Source: Octopus vulgaris (Eukaryota). Taken from it: a stretch of DNA of 64,000 nucleotides. Both the position numbers and the translations under genes were made by a program. How positions within the stretch are numbered: position 1 is the first letter of the stretch; every line of letters begins with the position of its first letter. The notes beneath the pieces were generated by a model, which made no database searches, was not told the origin of the DNA, and saw only the letters and a list, made by a program, of their open reading frames with translations. The DNA lies in the NCBI GenBank assembly GCA_951406725.2, contig OX597816.1, positions 163,494,001 to 163,558,000 of the forward strand, written 5' to 3'. This document shows positions 13,050 to 27,109 of this stretch, piece by piece.

Positions 13050-13493
13050 CTTAATGTGCAATACCTACTTTACAAACGTCAGCCATCATGGACCTCCACT
13101 CCAAGTCTGACGGTTCAAGAGTTTTCGTTACAGCTTAATCTGCTGGTCTCCTGCTCTCCCAAGCTTACCTTTGTAGCACAAGGACTATTTCATCCCCATG
13201 AATGGGTGGACAGATAGGCGTGATATCAGGGTATGCCTTCACATCGGTGCTAGGAGTCAGCCCTTCTCTTCGTCTTATACACTTTAACTACAGGACCATC
13301 TTCTGATGTTTGACTATACAACATTCCTGCCATGGGCAGATTTTGGGATATAAACTTTGTTTTAGGGCACTGAGCTTATTTAAACCTTACGCGAAGGATT
13401 ACTTGTTTACGTGACATCAGAGCATGTCCTCAAATCTATGAAGCTGTATAACATACATCAAGGGATCAGTCCTTCTTCGTGTCTGTATCCCTT

Positions 13494-13895
13494 ACTGACA
13501 CAAGCCAAGAAGCCAAACAGACACAATGCCGAACAGGCATAAAGTCGAACGGACGCAATGCCGAATGGACATAAACACAAACGAAAACTATGCCGACGGA
13601 CACAACGCCGAACGAACACAATGCCGAACGGACACAATGCCAAACGGAAATTAAGCCGAACAGACACAATAAAAATAATAACAAAAAAAACATGCCTACC
13701 TACATAGTTTAATAACTAATTCAGTGTGTCAATATTGTAGGAATAAAATGATTATCATATATTTTAATTTTCGAATGTCTTTTCGGCCTCTTGTCCGTTC
13801 GGCTTTATGTCCGATCGGAATTGTGTCCGTTCGGCTTCTTGGCTTCGGCTTCTTGTGTTTCGGCAAAAGTGCATTCAGTATCCCGTCCGTGTACC
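13494..13895. mobile_element. Foldback-like non-autonomous DNA transposon with 15-bp subterminal repeats
   Basis: Left arm (aatgccgaacggaca)n, right arm (tgtccgttcggc..)n in inverted orientation, AT-rich spacer. Confidence 0.75.
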
Positions 13896-14082
13896 AGTGT
13901 TTCTTTATGAACAAAACAAAAGGTACGGCGATGACGATAAAATTTTCTGCCTTAAGGTTGTTTCATCATTTATGTTAGGTGTTCTATTTGAGCATGGCCG
14001 GGCGGAATTCGGTATAAATTTATTTGAGACTTGAACTCAACTTTTTTATATATATTGTGTATGAAATGCTGGATTTATGGAT

Positions 14083-14146
<64 letters not shown>

Positions 14147-14469
14147 CGAGTCTCTAACATATAAAGGGAGTCTCCAGAGCATCACTATTTCGAGTCCTAA
14201 GACTCACAAAGTCGGTTGTCTTGTTCCCATGACGTATAAGTGACCGAGGTCACAATAATCACCCTAGACAAGACGCCAGTCTATCACGGAGGACCCTTTT
14301 ACAGCTGAGTAGACTGGAGCAATGTGAAACGAAGTGTTTTACGCAAGAAGAAAAACGCGCCGCACGTTCGGGAATACACACAAAAAATTCTTCAGATCGT
14401 GAAAACCATGGCTTTCAGAACGACTAAGCCTCGCGACTTCACCTAACGTGTAAGATCCGTCGTAATTGG

Positions 14470-15030
14470 CCTTCCGTCGGTTACGACGACGAGTATTCCA
14501 GTAGATCAAAGGATCAGCCTGCTCGGGATATTAACGCGTAACTGGTTGAGTACTCCACAGACATTCATACCTTTGACGTAGTTCTCAGAGAGATTTAGCG
14601 TAACACAGAATGTGATACGGCTGGCTTCTTTTGAAATTCATGTACAACTTATTTTTACCAACGTAGCGGACTGGAGTAACGTAAAATAAGATATCTATTT
14701 CTTTACTACACACAAGGGGCTAAACACAGAGGGGACAAACAAGGACAGACAAAGGGATTAAGTTGATTATATCGACCCCAGTGCGTAACTGGTACTTAAT
14801 TTATCGACCCCGAAAGGTTAAAATGCAAAGTCGACCTCGGCGGAATTTGAGCTCAGAACGTAACGGCAGACGAAATACGGCTACGCATTTCGCCCAGCGT
14901 GCTAACGTTTCTGCCAGCTCGCCATCCCTTTATCAAGAACATAACGCACTACCAGCCATCGAACTCACGACCTGACAATCGGGAGCCAAGTACTCTAACC
15001 CCCCCCCCCCCCCGTGTCACGCGCCTTCGA
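14470..15030 (-). mobile_element. Old C-related SINE interrupted by a family B SINE at 14697-14925 (minus strand)
   Basis: ccgtcggttacgacgacgag tail as in family C; nested B copy is near complete. Confidence 0.75.
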
Positions 15031-15837
15031 CAAAGATCCGTCATAAATCAGACGTTTAATCTCAAGCTAGTAATAATATTTACATAGAAAACTTTTTTGA
15101 AACGAAGTGTTTTCTGGTGACCATTACATGTTGAAGTTCAGCAAACAGCAGAAGAATGCTGGTTTGATCGCAGTCAGCATTGTTTATACAATCCTTTCTC
15201 ACATTAAAGGCTTTTTCTTAATTAATCATTCAACCCGCTGAAGGACGTTAGCAAGTTGAGCAATTGTACAAAACTTATGTTTAAATCAAATCTATCTTCT
15301 TTCTTGGCTTTGTGACATTTTGACAAATTATCTCTTTTCTCCCAATTTCTTCTCCTTTTATTCTGATTTCTTGTAGGTTTTTTTTTTTTTTTTCCTTCAG
15401 GTTTTTATGTCTTTTGTTCTCTTTTTTTTTTTCTCTTTTTTTTTATTCTCATTATCTTCTTTTCTCTCCCTTTTCTTTACCATTCCATTTCTATGACACC
15501 GAGTGTCTATTGTCAGTTCGTTACTCTGTCTCATATCTCTCCAGTTTTTAGGTGGGTTTGAGAGATGGCAGGAACGAACGGTTGAGCGACAACAACAGCA
15601 ACAACAACAAACCCCAAATCTGGTATTGAGTTTCATAAAGTTGCATGGTAAGATCAAATCTCACGTGTTTAACGTTTTGTGTGTCTGGGTTCGATAAAAT
15701 AAGAACAAATCTGTAAAATAACTAAGGCTAATCAAATTGACTTTACCTCCGTACTTTTAAACAAAAACAGAAAAAAAAAAAAAAGAAAAAGCAGAAAATC
15801 TTTAACATGGGACTCGTCAAAAAGAAATCAATATTTA

Positions 15838-16034
15838 TTGAAGAAGAAGTAGAAGAAGAAGACGAAGAAGGAGAAGAAGAAGAAGAAGAAGAAGAAGAAG
15901 AACAAGAAGAAGAAGAAGAAGAAGAAGAACAACAACAACAACAACAACAACAAGAACGAGAACAAGAAGAAGAACAACAACAACAAGAAGAACAAGAAGA
16001 AGAAGAACAGCAACAACAACAGCAACAGCAACAA
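15838..16034. repeat. (GAA)n/(CAA)n compound microsatellite
   Basis: Directly visible. Confidence 0.95.
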
Positions 16035-17167
16035 TGTATGTCGTCAGATTTAATGCATTAGAGTATTTTGTTATATGGCCCCTATTTTTTAAGTTCATAT
16101 CCCACCTGTGGTCGACTTCACCCTCTTGTATTCTTCTTCTCTCCCCTTGTTTTTTTTTTTTTTCTTCTTACTATTTTCGCCTCGGGGGTCGATGAAATAA
16201 ATACCAGAAACGCACTGAAGTCGATTTAATCGTATGTTCTTCCTCCTCTTTCAATAAGTCGCTTTTATGTCTGAATTAGAAATTTGTATTATTCGGCAAT
16301 TTCTTTTGACAAGTCACCCGACTCCACTGTATATTATGGACGACACTAGAATTTGAATTTCTGAATAGTAAATATATATGTAAAAAAAAAAAAAAAATCA
16401 CACACACACATACACACAAAAAAAAAATAACTAAAGACGATATAAAAGTTTCATGGTGTTATGTTTAGGAGTTTATAAAGAATTTCCTCCGTACGCTTAC
16501 TTTAAGTGCGTAGCCGTGGGGCGTTTGAACTATTTTTCTTATCGGATTCCGCATCTTCATTTCACAGGGCATTCAACTCAATTATGGTCTTTGAAAGTGA
16601 GATACACTCTCCTTGAGGCTAACCTGGGTTTCTTTCTGAAATAGGCGCTTTAGCAAACGATTAGTAATAGTGTATGTATGTATGAATATATGTGCATGTG
16701 TATGTTGTATGTGTGCGTGTGGTTACGTGTGTGTGGGGGGGTGTTCGTGTGTGTGAGAGATAGGGTGGAACATAGAGTGAGTGTGTAGAAAAGGGAGAGA
16801 GAGAGACAGAGACAGAGAGAGAGAGTGATGTATGCTTCTTGTAAAGTTCAGTTGAGGATTGAGTCAACCATTGCAAAAGCATGGTATGGATTGAGCTGTT
16901 ACGATACACAAGTGCATACGCCCACACCCTTATACACATACACACACACACACACACATGTATGTATGTATGTATTATGTATGTATTATCTATGTATGTA
17001 TATATTGTGGGGACACCGTGTCTCCTTATGCAACCGTGATATGCTAACAAGTAACAATTCAGAGTTAGCTCTGTTTCGATAGAATATTTTAGGAAGTACA
17101 CACACACACACACACACACATACACAAACATGCACACATACACACATACAGACATGTATATCTAGAT

Positions 17168-17382
17168 AGGTGCAGAAGTGGTTGTGTGATAAGAAGCTTG
17201 CTTCCCAAACACATGGTTCCGAGTTCAGTCCCTCAGTTTACTTAGCAGTTCGGCAAAAGAAAATGATAGAATAAGTACTAGGCTCACAAAGAATAAGTCC
17301 TAGAGTCGATTTGCTCGACAAAAGGCGGAGCTCCAGCATGGCCGCAGTCAAATGACTGAAACAAGGAAAAGAATAAAAGAAT
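17168..17382 (+). mobile_element. SINE family A, internally deleted
   Basis: Head joined directly to the 3' half. Confidence 0.85.
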
Positions 17383-17400
17383 ATTGTTGATTTCTTGTGG

Positions 17401-17773
17401 TCGAGCTGGCAGAATCGCTAGCCCGCCGGGCGAAGTGCTTCGTGGTATTTTGCCCGTCGCTATGTTCTGAGTTCAAATTCCGCCGAGGTCGACTTTGCTT
17501 TTCATCCTTTCGGGGTCTATAAATTAAGTACCATAATCAACTTAATCCATTTGTCTGTCCTTGCTTGTCCTTTCTGTGTTTAACCCCTTGTGGGTAGTAA
17601 AGAAATAGGTATTTCATCTGTCTTTACGTTCTGAGTACAAATTCCGCCGTGGTCGACTTTGCCTTTCATCCTTTCGGGGTTGATATATTAAGTACCAGTT
17701 ACGTACTGGGGTCGATCTAATCGACTGGCTCCCTCCCCCAATATTTTGGAGCTTGTGACTAGAGTCGAAAAGA
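17401..17773 (+). mobile_element. SINE family B, dimeric form
   Basis: Two gtcgactttgc(c/t)tttcatcctttcgggg cores followed by two different tails. Confidence 0.9.
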
Positions 17774-17782
17774 TTGCTTGTG

Positions 17783-18010
17783 TACATTATTTATGCTTGA
17801 CGGATATTTGTCCTCATCATGTTTGTTGTAACATTAGCATTTCGGATAATATACCCACCAGCCTTCATCAGGTGTCTTGGGGAAATTTCGAACTTGGGTT
17901 CTCATTCCTAAGGTGTTTTTCGATATAATTATTATTATTATTATTCAGGTCACTGCCTGGAATCGAACTCGGAATCTTGGGGTTAGTAACCCGCGCTCTT
18001 AACCACTATG
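17783..18010 (-). mobile_element. SINE E: tRNA-derived head + (AAT)n + tail with degenerate hammerhead motif
   Basis: Minus strand: tagtggttaagagcgcggg...gagttcgattcc (A/B boxes), then acacCTGATGAaggctgg...ccGAAA. Confidence 0.7.
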
Positions 18011-18026
18011 TGGGCAATTATGGAGG

Positions 18027-18074
<48 letters not shown>

Positions 18075-18111
18075 TCGCGATCAGAGTTGTTCGAAAACCG
18101 AGGTGCTACTG

Positions 18112-18169
<58 letters not shown>

Positions 18170-18378
18170 AATATATATATATATAATTATATCATTGAAG
18201 CCCATAAATGAAGCGATTGTCTAGTCCGTTAATATATCGAATTCGAAAAGATGAAAGGTAAAATGGACATCGGTGGGAATTAAACTCAGAATGCAAAGTG
18301 CCGCTAAGCTGTCTGTCCGTCGTGCTAACGATTCAACCAGCTCGCTGCATTGGTAGTAGTAGTAGTAGTAGTAGTAGA

Positions 18379-18410
<32 letters not shown>

Positions 18411-18689
18411 CAGAAGTAGTAGTACCAGCAGTAACAGCAGCAGCAGCAGTAGTAGTAGTAGTAGCAGCAGCAGCAAAAAGTAGTAGTAGTAGTAGTAGTA
18501 GTAGTACCTGCAGCAACAGCAGCAGCAGCAGTAGTAGTAGCAGCAGCAGCGAAAGTAGTAGTAGTAGTAGTAGTAGTAGTAGCAGCAGTAATTTCAAATG
18601 TTGGCACAAGGCCAGCAATTTTGCGGGGGAGGGTAAGTCGACTACATTGATCCAATCCTCAACAGTACTCAAAAAGATAAAGAACATTG

Positions 18690-18910
18690 TTGTTCTGATT
18701 GTTAAAAATAGCAGCCAAATCTCCCCCCAAATCAATCCTGACTGTTTGGGATGAAGCAAGAGACATGATACCAAGCGCAGCCTTAGCAATTTAGTAAGAA
18801 GTCTTTGAACAAAAAAAAAATACTTGATGGTCACAGTTGGAATGCCTTTCATCATAAGTCTGTTTTCGATCGAGGTCAACTTGGAGCTAAACAACAGCAA
18901 CAACAACAAC
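18690..18910 (+). mobile_element. Old interspersed repeat with (AAC)n tail
   Basis: aaatagcagccaaatctccc recurs degenerately near 30292 and 51236; ends gctaaacaacagcaacaac. Confidence 0.4.
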
Positions 18911-19234
18911 GATAAATACATCATAGAACAGGAAAAAAGTACTTCAATAACATCCCCATCAACAACAGGCAATAGCAACAAAAACTGGTAATACGTCAGA
19001 GAGAGACAGACAGAGAGAGACAGAGAGAGACAGAGAGGCAGAGAGACAAAGACAGAGTGAGAAAGAAAGAAAGAAAGAAGAAAGAAAAGAAGAAGGAAAG
19101 AAGAAAGAAAGAATAAGAGACTATAAATCGTGTTATGATTGAATATTTTAAGTGTAGACAAGTCAAATAACACCATTAATAACAGGAAAGCTGGCTATCA
19201 AGAGCGATAAACAGAGATGTTTGAAATATCAGCA

Positions 19235-19325
19235 GCACTGAAGAGAATTGGTATACGCATAAATCAGAAGCTGTGGCGGAAGAATTTATAAAAATACCAT
19301 CATTCTTTGGAAATATGCAAATACA
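19235..19325 (+). mobile_element. Dong/R4-type LINE fragment
   Basis: TEENWYTHKSEAVAE then IILW in a shifted frame; resembles the WY.H.P..V.EN...ILW motif. Confidence 0.45.
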
Positions 19326-19477
19326 GAGAGAGAGAGAGAGAGAAGGTAGAGTGGTTCTTGATAACGGTTACCTACTCAGGCTGATGGTTTCCTCAAAGAT
19401 AAACCAAAAACTGAATACTGATTGATGTGGAAGGGTTGGTTGATGAAATAAACAACGAGAACAAAAATGACCACAGT

Positions 19478-19478
19478 A

Positions 19479-19534
<56 letters not shown>

Positions 19535-19541
19535 AATAATG

Positions 19542-19640
<99 letters not shown>

Positions 19641-19646
19641 GTAATA

Positions 19647-19712
<66 letters not shown>

Positions 19713-19714
19713 TA

Positions 19715-19745
<31 letters not shown>

Positions 19746-19767
19746 TGGTAATGATGATGATAATAAT
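19478..19767. repeat. (AAT)n microsatellite
   Basis: Directly visible; similar arrays at 4131-4297, 27283-27379 and 28305-28558. Confidence 0.97.
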
Positions 19768-19972
19768 GGTTTCAAATTTTGCCACGAGGGCAGTCATTTT
19801 GGCGGGAGGGGATGAGTCGATTGCCTCGATCCCAGAGTACAACTGGTACTTGTTTGCTCGACCCCGAAAGGATGAAAGGCAAAATCGACCCAGTGGTATA
19901 ATGATATTAATAGTAGTAGTAGTAGGTGTAGTAGTAGTAGGTGTAGTAGTAGTAGGTGTAGTAGTAGTAGGT

Positions 19973-20006
<34 letters not shown>

Positions 20007-20057
20007 CAGCAGCAATAGTAGTAGTAGTAATAATAATAATAATTGATAATAATATTA

Positions 20058-20110
<53 letters not shown>

Positions 20111-20134
20111 TAATAATAATAATAATAATAATGC

Positions 20135-20520
20135 TTAAGAACCACATGGTTCCGGGTTCAGTCACACTGCGTGGCACCTTGTGCATGTGTCTTCTACTAT
20201 AGCCTCGGGCCGACCAAAGCCTTGTGAGTGGATTTGGTAGGCGGAAACTGCAAGAAGCCCGCCGTATATATGTATATATATATGTATGTAACTGTGTGTT
20301 TGTGTGTCTGTGTTTGTCCCCCCACCCCGTCCAACATCGCCTGACAACCGAAGCTGGTGTGTTTACGTCCCCGTAACTTAGCGGTTTGGCAAAAGAGAAC
20401 GAGAGAATAAGTGCTAGGCTTACAAAGAATAAGTCATGGGGTTGATTTGCTCGAATAAAGGCGGCGCTCCAGCATGGCCACAGTCAAATGACTGAAACAA
20501 GTAAAAGAGTAAAGAGAGTA
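20135..20520 (+). mobile_element. SINE family A, 5'-truncated
   Basis: Collinear with 7764-8180. Confidence 0.92.
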
Positions 20521-20527
20521 TAATAAG

Positions 20528-20915
20528 AAAGAGAGAAAGAAGAAGCATGCATGATAATCGATATACCATACTTCGGTGACAACAGGATCAATGTGGAAGA
20601 AGAAGAAGAAAAAAGACAACTACGATGATTTGAAGCGGGAAATACGAAGGTTGTGGTCAATGAAAAGAGTAGACGTGATTCCAATAGTCATTGGTACACT
20701 TAGAAGTATCAGCACTCAGGTGATACGACATGACTGAAAAAGATTGGTGCCAGTGTGAAGATAGAACACCTACAAAAATCAGCATCGCTTGGAACTGAAA
20801 GAATTCTTCGAAGGGTTCTTGAAGCATGACCAGTAATCAAGCGTCACCTTAGTCTGCTGACTGTGGACAGTTGACACTTTCCATCATACCCAGCAAAATA
20901 AGCTGTGAGTTTTCA
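20528..20915 (+). mobile_element. Dong/R4-type LINE 3' end with 3'UTR running into (TAA)n
   Basis: CMIIDIPYFGDNRI / YDDLKREIRRLWSMKRVDVIPIVIGTL / KKIGASVKIEHLQKSASLGTERILRRVLEA*. Confidence 0.9.
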
Positions 20916-20928
20916 AATAATAATAATC

Positions 20929-20975
<47 letters not shown>

Positions 20976-21152
20976 TAATTCTTTTTATTGGCCACAAGGG
21001 CTGACACACATGATTAGAAAACATAAAGGGACAAAACAGGACGAAAGGTTACAAAGGGTTTTGTCCGTTTGTGAAAAAATCGTGTAAAAACAGTTTAACA
21101 ACGAAAGATTGTATCAAGGAAAAACTCCCAATAGGGGGAGGCACTTCGAAAG

Positions 21153-21154
<2 letters not shown>
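20976..21154 (-). mobile_element. L1/Tx1-like LINE 3'UTR fragment inside (AAT)n
   Basis: Minus-strand end cagcccttgtggccaataaaaagaa resembles the ends at 22985 and 55239. Confidence 0.55.
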
Positions 21155-21230
<76 letters not shown>

Positions 21231-21446
21231 GTTTATATATTCGTTTTGCAAGATTCTTGATATGAATTCGTGTGTAGAAACAGATATTGTTCTTATTTGG
21301 GATGGTCATGTTGCCACTTTAGCCAATAAAAACACACGCACTATATATTTGGTGAATTAATATAAAATAAAGCTGAAGCAAGTGAACACTAAATATATAC
21401 ATTGGCTAAACTGGCAACATGACCATCCCCAAATAACACAACAACA

Positions 21447-21543
<97 letters not shown>

Positions 21544-22239
21544 CGATGATGACGATGATGAAGGTGGTGATGATGGTGGTGTTTTCTACTATAGACACAA
21601 ATCCTGAAATTCTGTGGGTGGAGAGTCGTTGTATGTATGTATGTATGTATGTATGTATGTATGTATGTATGTATGTATGTATGTATGTATGTATGTATGT
21701 GTGTATGTATATGTACAGATTTGTATATTTTGCTTTATGCATTCTTCCCATGCATATAGTTGCATATCTAGACATTCTCATATATACTAAAGTGATAAAC
21801 CTCTGAAAAGTTTTACAGATTTTTATAGTTCCAGTAATAGCTAGGATCTCCGAATCAGCTTTCTCCTTTCTGGTTTTGAGAAGCCTAATTTCTCAAGATT
21901 GGTATTTAGTCTGTGTGTTACATATCCCAGTGGTGCATTTATTATGTATGTATATAGGTATTTACACACACACATACAAATTAATACAAACTGCTAGGTG
22001 CAGTATGATGCCACAAAAGAAATGTTCTATCGCCTCTAATTGTAACTGGGCGTGCCAAAATAACTATATTGCAAAATATAATAGATAAAAACTCGTAAAG
22101 CTGTAAGTACGCAGTATAAATACTCTGACGGGGAAGTATAACTGCCCTATATGTGTGAGTGTGTGTGACTGTGTGTGTGCGCGTGTGTGTGTTTGTGTGC
22201 GGGAATAATATAACGCCATCAGGAAAAATACCTAGCTTT

Positions 22240-22695
22240 AATATACTCGAGATTGCTCCAATTTGGCCAATCCCCGAGAAAAACTAGGATAAGATGGAAG
22301 AAAGCAGCGATTGTATACGAAAAATAGAGAATGTTACACAAATACAAATAGCAGGACATAATAACAGCTGTCTTTCGACTAAGGACAAATTAAATTAATC
22401 TGGCGTGTATTGAAGTAAAGCCTTACCGCAGGGATACAAGATTTCACAGGCAATGAGAAGAATATTGATGTGGCACGGACGGTGGCCGAACCAAGAAAGA
22501 AAGGTCAGGCTGGAACTTACAAAACAAAAGACACAAAAAAGACAAAAGACGAAAACGGGTATGTAAACAGATGTATTAGTTTAACGCTCCGGAAGTGAGA
22601 AAGTCTTTCGCGTTTCGAGCCTACTCTCTTCAATAGAAAGGAACAGAAATAAACAGGGAGAGAAAATATAAAAGGTTTAATGGCTAGCAATCAAT
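22240..22695 (-). mobile_element. Penelope-like remnant(s)
   Basis: 22245-22287 matches 2833-2875; 22598-22665 matches 63388-63460 and includes a decayed hammerhead-like motif. Confidence 0.5.
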
Positions 22696-22704
22696 CATGT
22701 ATAT

Positions 22705-22798
<94 letters not shown>

Positions 22799-22935
22799 GT
22801 TCATATATATATATGTTTACATATATATACATGTTCATATATATATGTTCATATATATATATATATACATATATATATGTGTATGTGTGTATATTTATGC
22901 ATACATAAACATATACATATTCATATACGTATATG

Positions 22936-22968
<33 letters not shown>

Positions 22969-22984
22969 AAATAGATAGATATGT

Positions 22985-23456
<472 letters not shown>

Positions 23457-24036
23457 GAGTTTATACCTAGTCGTGTATAGGAATTGCTAGATAATGATAC
23501 AAGTAGCAAAAATATAGGGAATGGAAGGAAAATAGTAGAAATAAATGTGAATATATAAATGAGAACGGTGAGAATATTATAACAGAAAGAAACAGAACTA
23601 TAAAGACTGAAAAAGGGAGAGAATGAAAGGCAGAATGAAAGAGGCAGACGATAAGCGAGAGGATGAGAAAGGGAAAGAAACGGAGAACGAGAGACAGAGA
23701 GAGAGAGAGAGAGAGAAAGAAAGACATAGTAATAAAGAGGGTAAAATAATAGGAGATAGGAAGGGGGGGGGGGGATATTAGGATCGAGAAAAATAACGAT
23801 ATTTATCTAAATTGATTTCTCTTTCATTTCATTATGCTACCTAAATTTCCGATTTTATTATAACTCATTCGATTATCGATAGAACTCCACGTCTAAATTA
23901 TATTTGTTTCCATATGAATATGAAGTTTATGATCCGATTTTCAAAATGGCAGCTAACAAATTCGGTTGCGAGTTTTATTCAGCGTTGGAGTAGGATGAAT
24001 TACACCAGCATACATATAGATATGCATACATACATA

Positions 24037-24162
<126 letters not shown>

Positions 24163-24169
24163 TACATAC

Positions 24170-24253
<84 letters not shown>

Positions 24254-24548
24254 CAGCATTTATGAACGTGTATATACGAGTACATATTTATATCTGGTAT
24301 AATAAGTTTCATTGCGTATTTAATTCTCTTTCTATATATATATTTTTTTTTTTTCTTTTTCTGTCCCGCTAAAGTGTATGTGTGGGTAGAAAGGTAGTGA
24401 AAGAGAACGTTGATGGTGAAAGATGTAATCAACCTACGCGAGAAAATGAGAAAGTGTAGAGAAGGATCTCACACACATGCAGATAAACGCCAACACCCAT
24501 ACACTGACAAGTTTGTGTGTGTATATATATATGCATATATATGTGTAA

Positions 24549-24580
<32 letters not shown>

Positions 24581-24589
24581 ATATATATG

Positions 24590-24620
<31 letters not shown>

Positions 24621-24623
24621 GTG

Positions 24624-24661
<38 letters not shown>

Positions 24662-24776
24662 TATATATGTATATATATACATATATATACATGCATATAT
24701 ATACACACACATACACACATATCTATCTATCTCTCTGCATGTATATATACATACATATACATATGCACACGCACAT

Positions 24777-25113
24777 AGGCACAGGAGTGGCTGTGTGGTA
24801 ACCACGTGGGTCCGGGTTCAATCCCACTGCTTAGCACCTTGGGTAAGTATATTTCTAGTACAGCCTCGGGTCGACCAAAACCTTGAAAATGGGTTTGGTA
24901 AACAGAAACTGAAAGAAGCCCGTCGTATCTATATAGATTCGTTTGTGTGTCTCTTTGTGCCCCAACCGTCACTTGACAGCCGATGGTGGTGTGTTCACGT
25001 CCCCGTAAACAGACCGACATAATACATACAAAGAATGTCTTGGGGTCGATTTGTTCAAATAAAGGCAGTACTCCAGCATGGCCGCAGTCAAAGAACTGAA
25101 ACAAATAAAAGAA
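24777..25113 (+). mobile_element. SINE family A
   Basis: Head, central domain and tail all recognisable. Confidence 0.88.
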
Positions 25114-25158
25114 CATATATATATATATATATATATATTCTTTTATTTGTTTATATAT

Positions 25159-25214
<56 letters not shown>

Positions 25215-25683
25215 CGAGGCACATACACCTATATAAAGATGTATGTATTTATACGCATGTATGTTTGTGTGTGTGTGTATGTGCAAGTGTGTATATAAAA
25301 TATTTCATAGATTATTATTACGTAAGTAAATCTTTCACGTTTCAATTGTGTTCGAGAATAATCTATTCTCCCTCAAATGCCTGTGTACACCAACACACAT
25401 GCACACACATGCACATACACACACATGCATGCACATACAGAATCATACACACACATACACATGCCAACATGCATACATACACACACATACATATGCGCAC
25501 ACGCACATATATACACACATACCTATGCGTACACAATAATACACATTCCAACATTTATGAAATGCTCATACATCCACAGAAACTGGAAATATCTCATGCC
25601 AGAAATGTCTAATTTATTTTCTCTTCCTCTCCTATGTACATGTAATATTGATATTTCGACACAAATGCATACACACGCGCACG

Positions 25684-25714
<31 letters not shown>

Positions 25715-25777
25715 GTGTGTATATATACGTGTATAAATATACATATGTATGTAAGTATATATATGTATATGTACATT

Positions 25778-25851
<74 letters not shown>

Positions 25852-27109
25852 CATATACATATATATACACGCTCACTTTATTGTAAAAACTGAAAATTTA
25901 TCACCAAACTGTTACTCAGATTTTAAAATACTGTTTTGCACTATATATATATATATATCAAAACAGGAAATTCGAATATTATTTGGTTTCATTTAGTCAC
26001 CATTACACGTGTTTCATTCGTTAAGAGGCTAATAGGAATTACAAACATATGCATGTCGTAAAAAAAATATTTACGATATTTCCTATTAAGAATTCTTAAC
26101 TGAAGACAGCGAATCAAATAATATAATAGGCTTGTCTGTCTGAATTATTTAGCTTGCGAGCTGAGTTTTCTGTCACTGCGATCTTCATACGGAAACCATC
26201 CTTGCTTATGGTGGTCTTCGTCAATAAATTTGTAATTTAAGGCCATCTTTTTAAGCAGTCATCTTGCAGTCTCCATCTACCAAGTACACTCACAACGCTT
26301 TGATTGCCCCAAGGCATTTGCCTAAGACGCCACGCAGTAGGACGGAAACCAAATCCATATTGCTGGGAAGCAAACTTAATACTATACGCTACAGACGACC
26401 CTCTGTTGAAGGCTACCCAAAAATGATAACAGATCCAAAATTTAGTTGTTCCTCGATATACTGGCGTATGGTGAGAATTAGTCGATTCCCTCCAACCATT
26501 TTTACTACAGATGATATAAAGGAAGAGAGTAATAAAGCATGCACAATGTCTTTATTTCAAGAATAGATACGCAGATCTTGCATTATGTGCCAAGCAAATG
26601 GCAAATGGTAGCGCTCGATATAGCAGTGATCTCTTACACCATCGGAAGCAAACTGAGATATAACAGCGATCTATTTCATGTATGCATGTATATTTGTGTG
26701 TGTGTGGGCACATTTCTTTTCGTCCTCACTCTCCTTTCAAGGTAGAACATGACTGAAGTGGAAGGTGTCTGTCCTCAATCCTGTCAACCTTGTCTACCAC
26801 ACAACCGCTAGAGGAACAGCGCTTACACGGCGGGTGGTGGGGTAATGCTCTCAATGAATTCGGCCGAGAGCTGGATTCATCCTACAAGAGACCACAGTTG
26901 TTCGACATAACTTCGCAAACCACTAATGCCTTGTCACGGCACGAGTGCGTGCATTACCATTTTATCGTTTTGCACACATCTCCTGCAACCCTGGAGAGAT
27001 GAAAATCAAAGGGTTAGGGTGGCCTCTGGTGGTTTTGAGCCTAAAATTTAACGTGCCGGAAGAAATATGCAAGATACCTGAATGATTCTCCCAACTCGCC
27101 ACCCGCCAA

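Noticed and set aside
26740-27100. GC-richer unique island
   Set aside because: No ORF homology, repeat partner or motif that I could support; left unannotated
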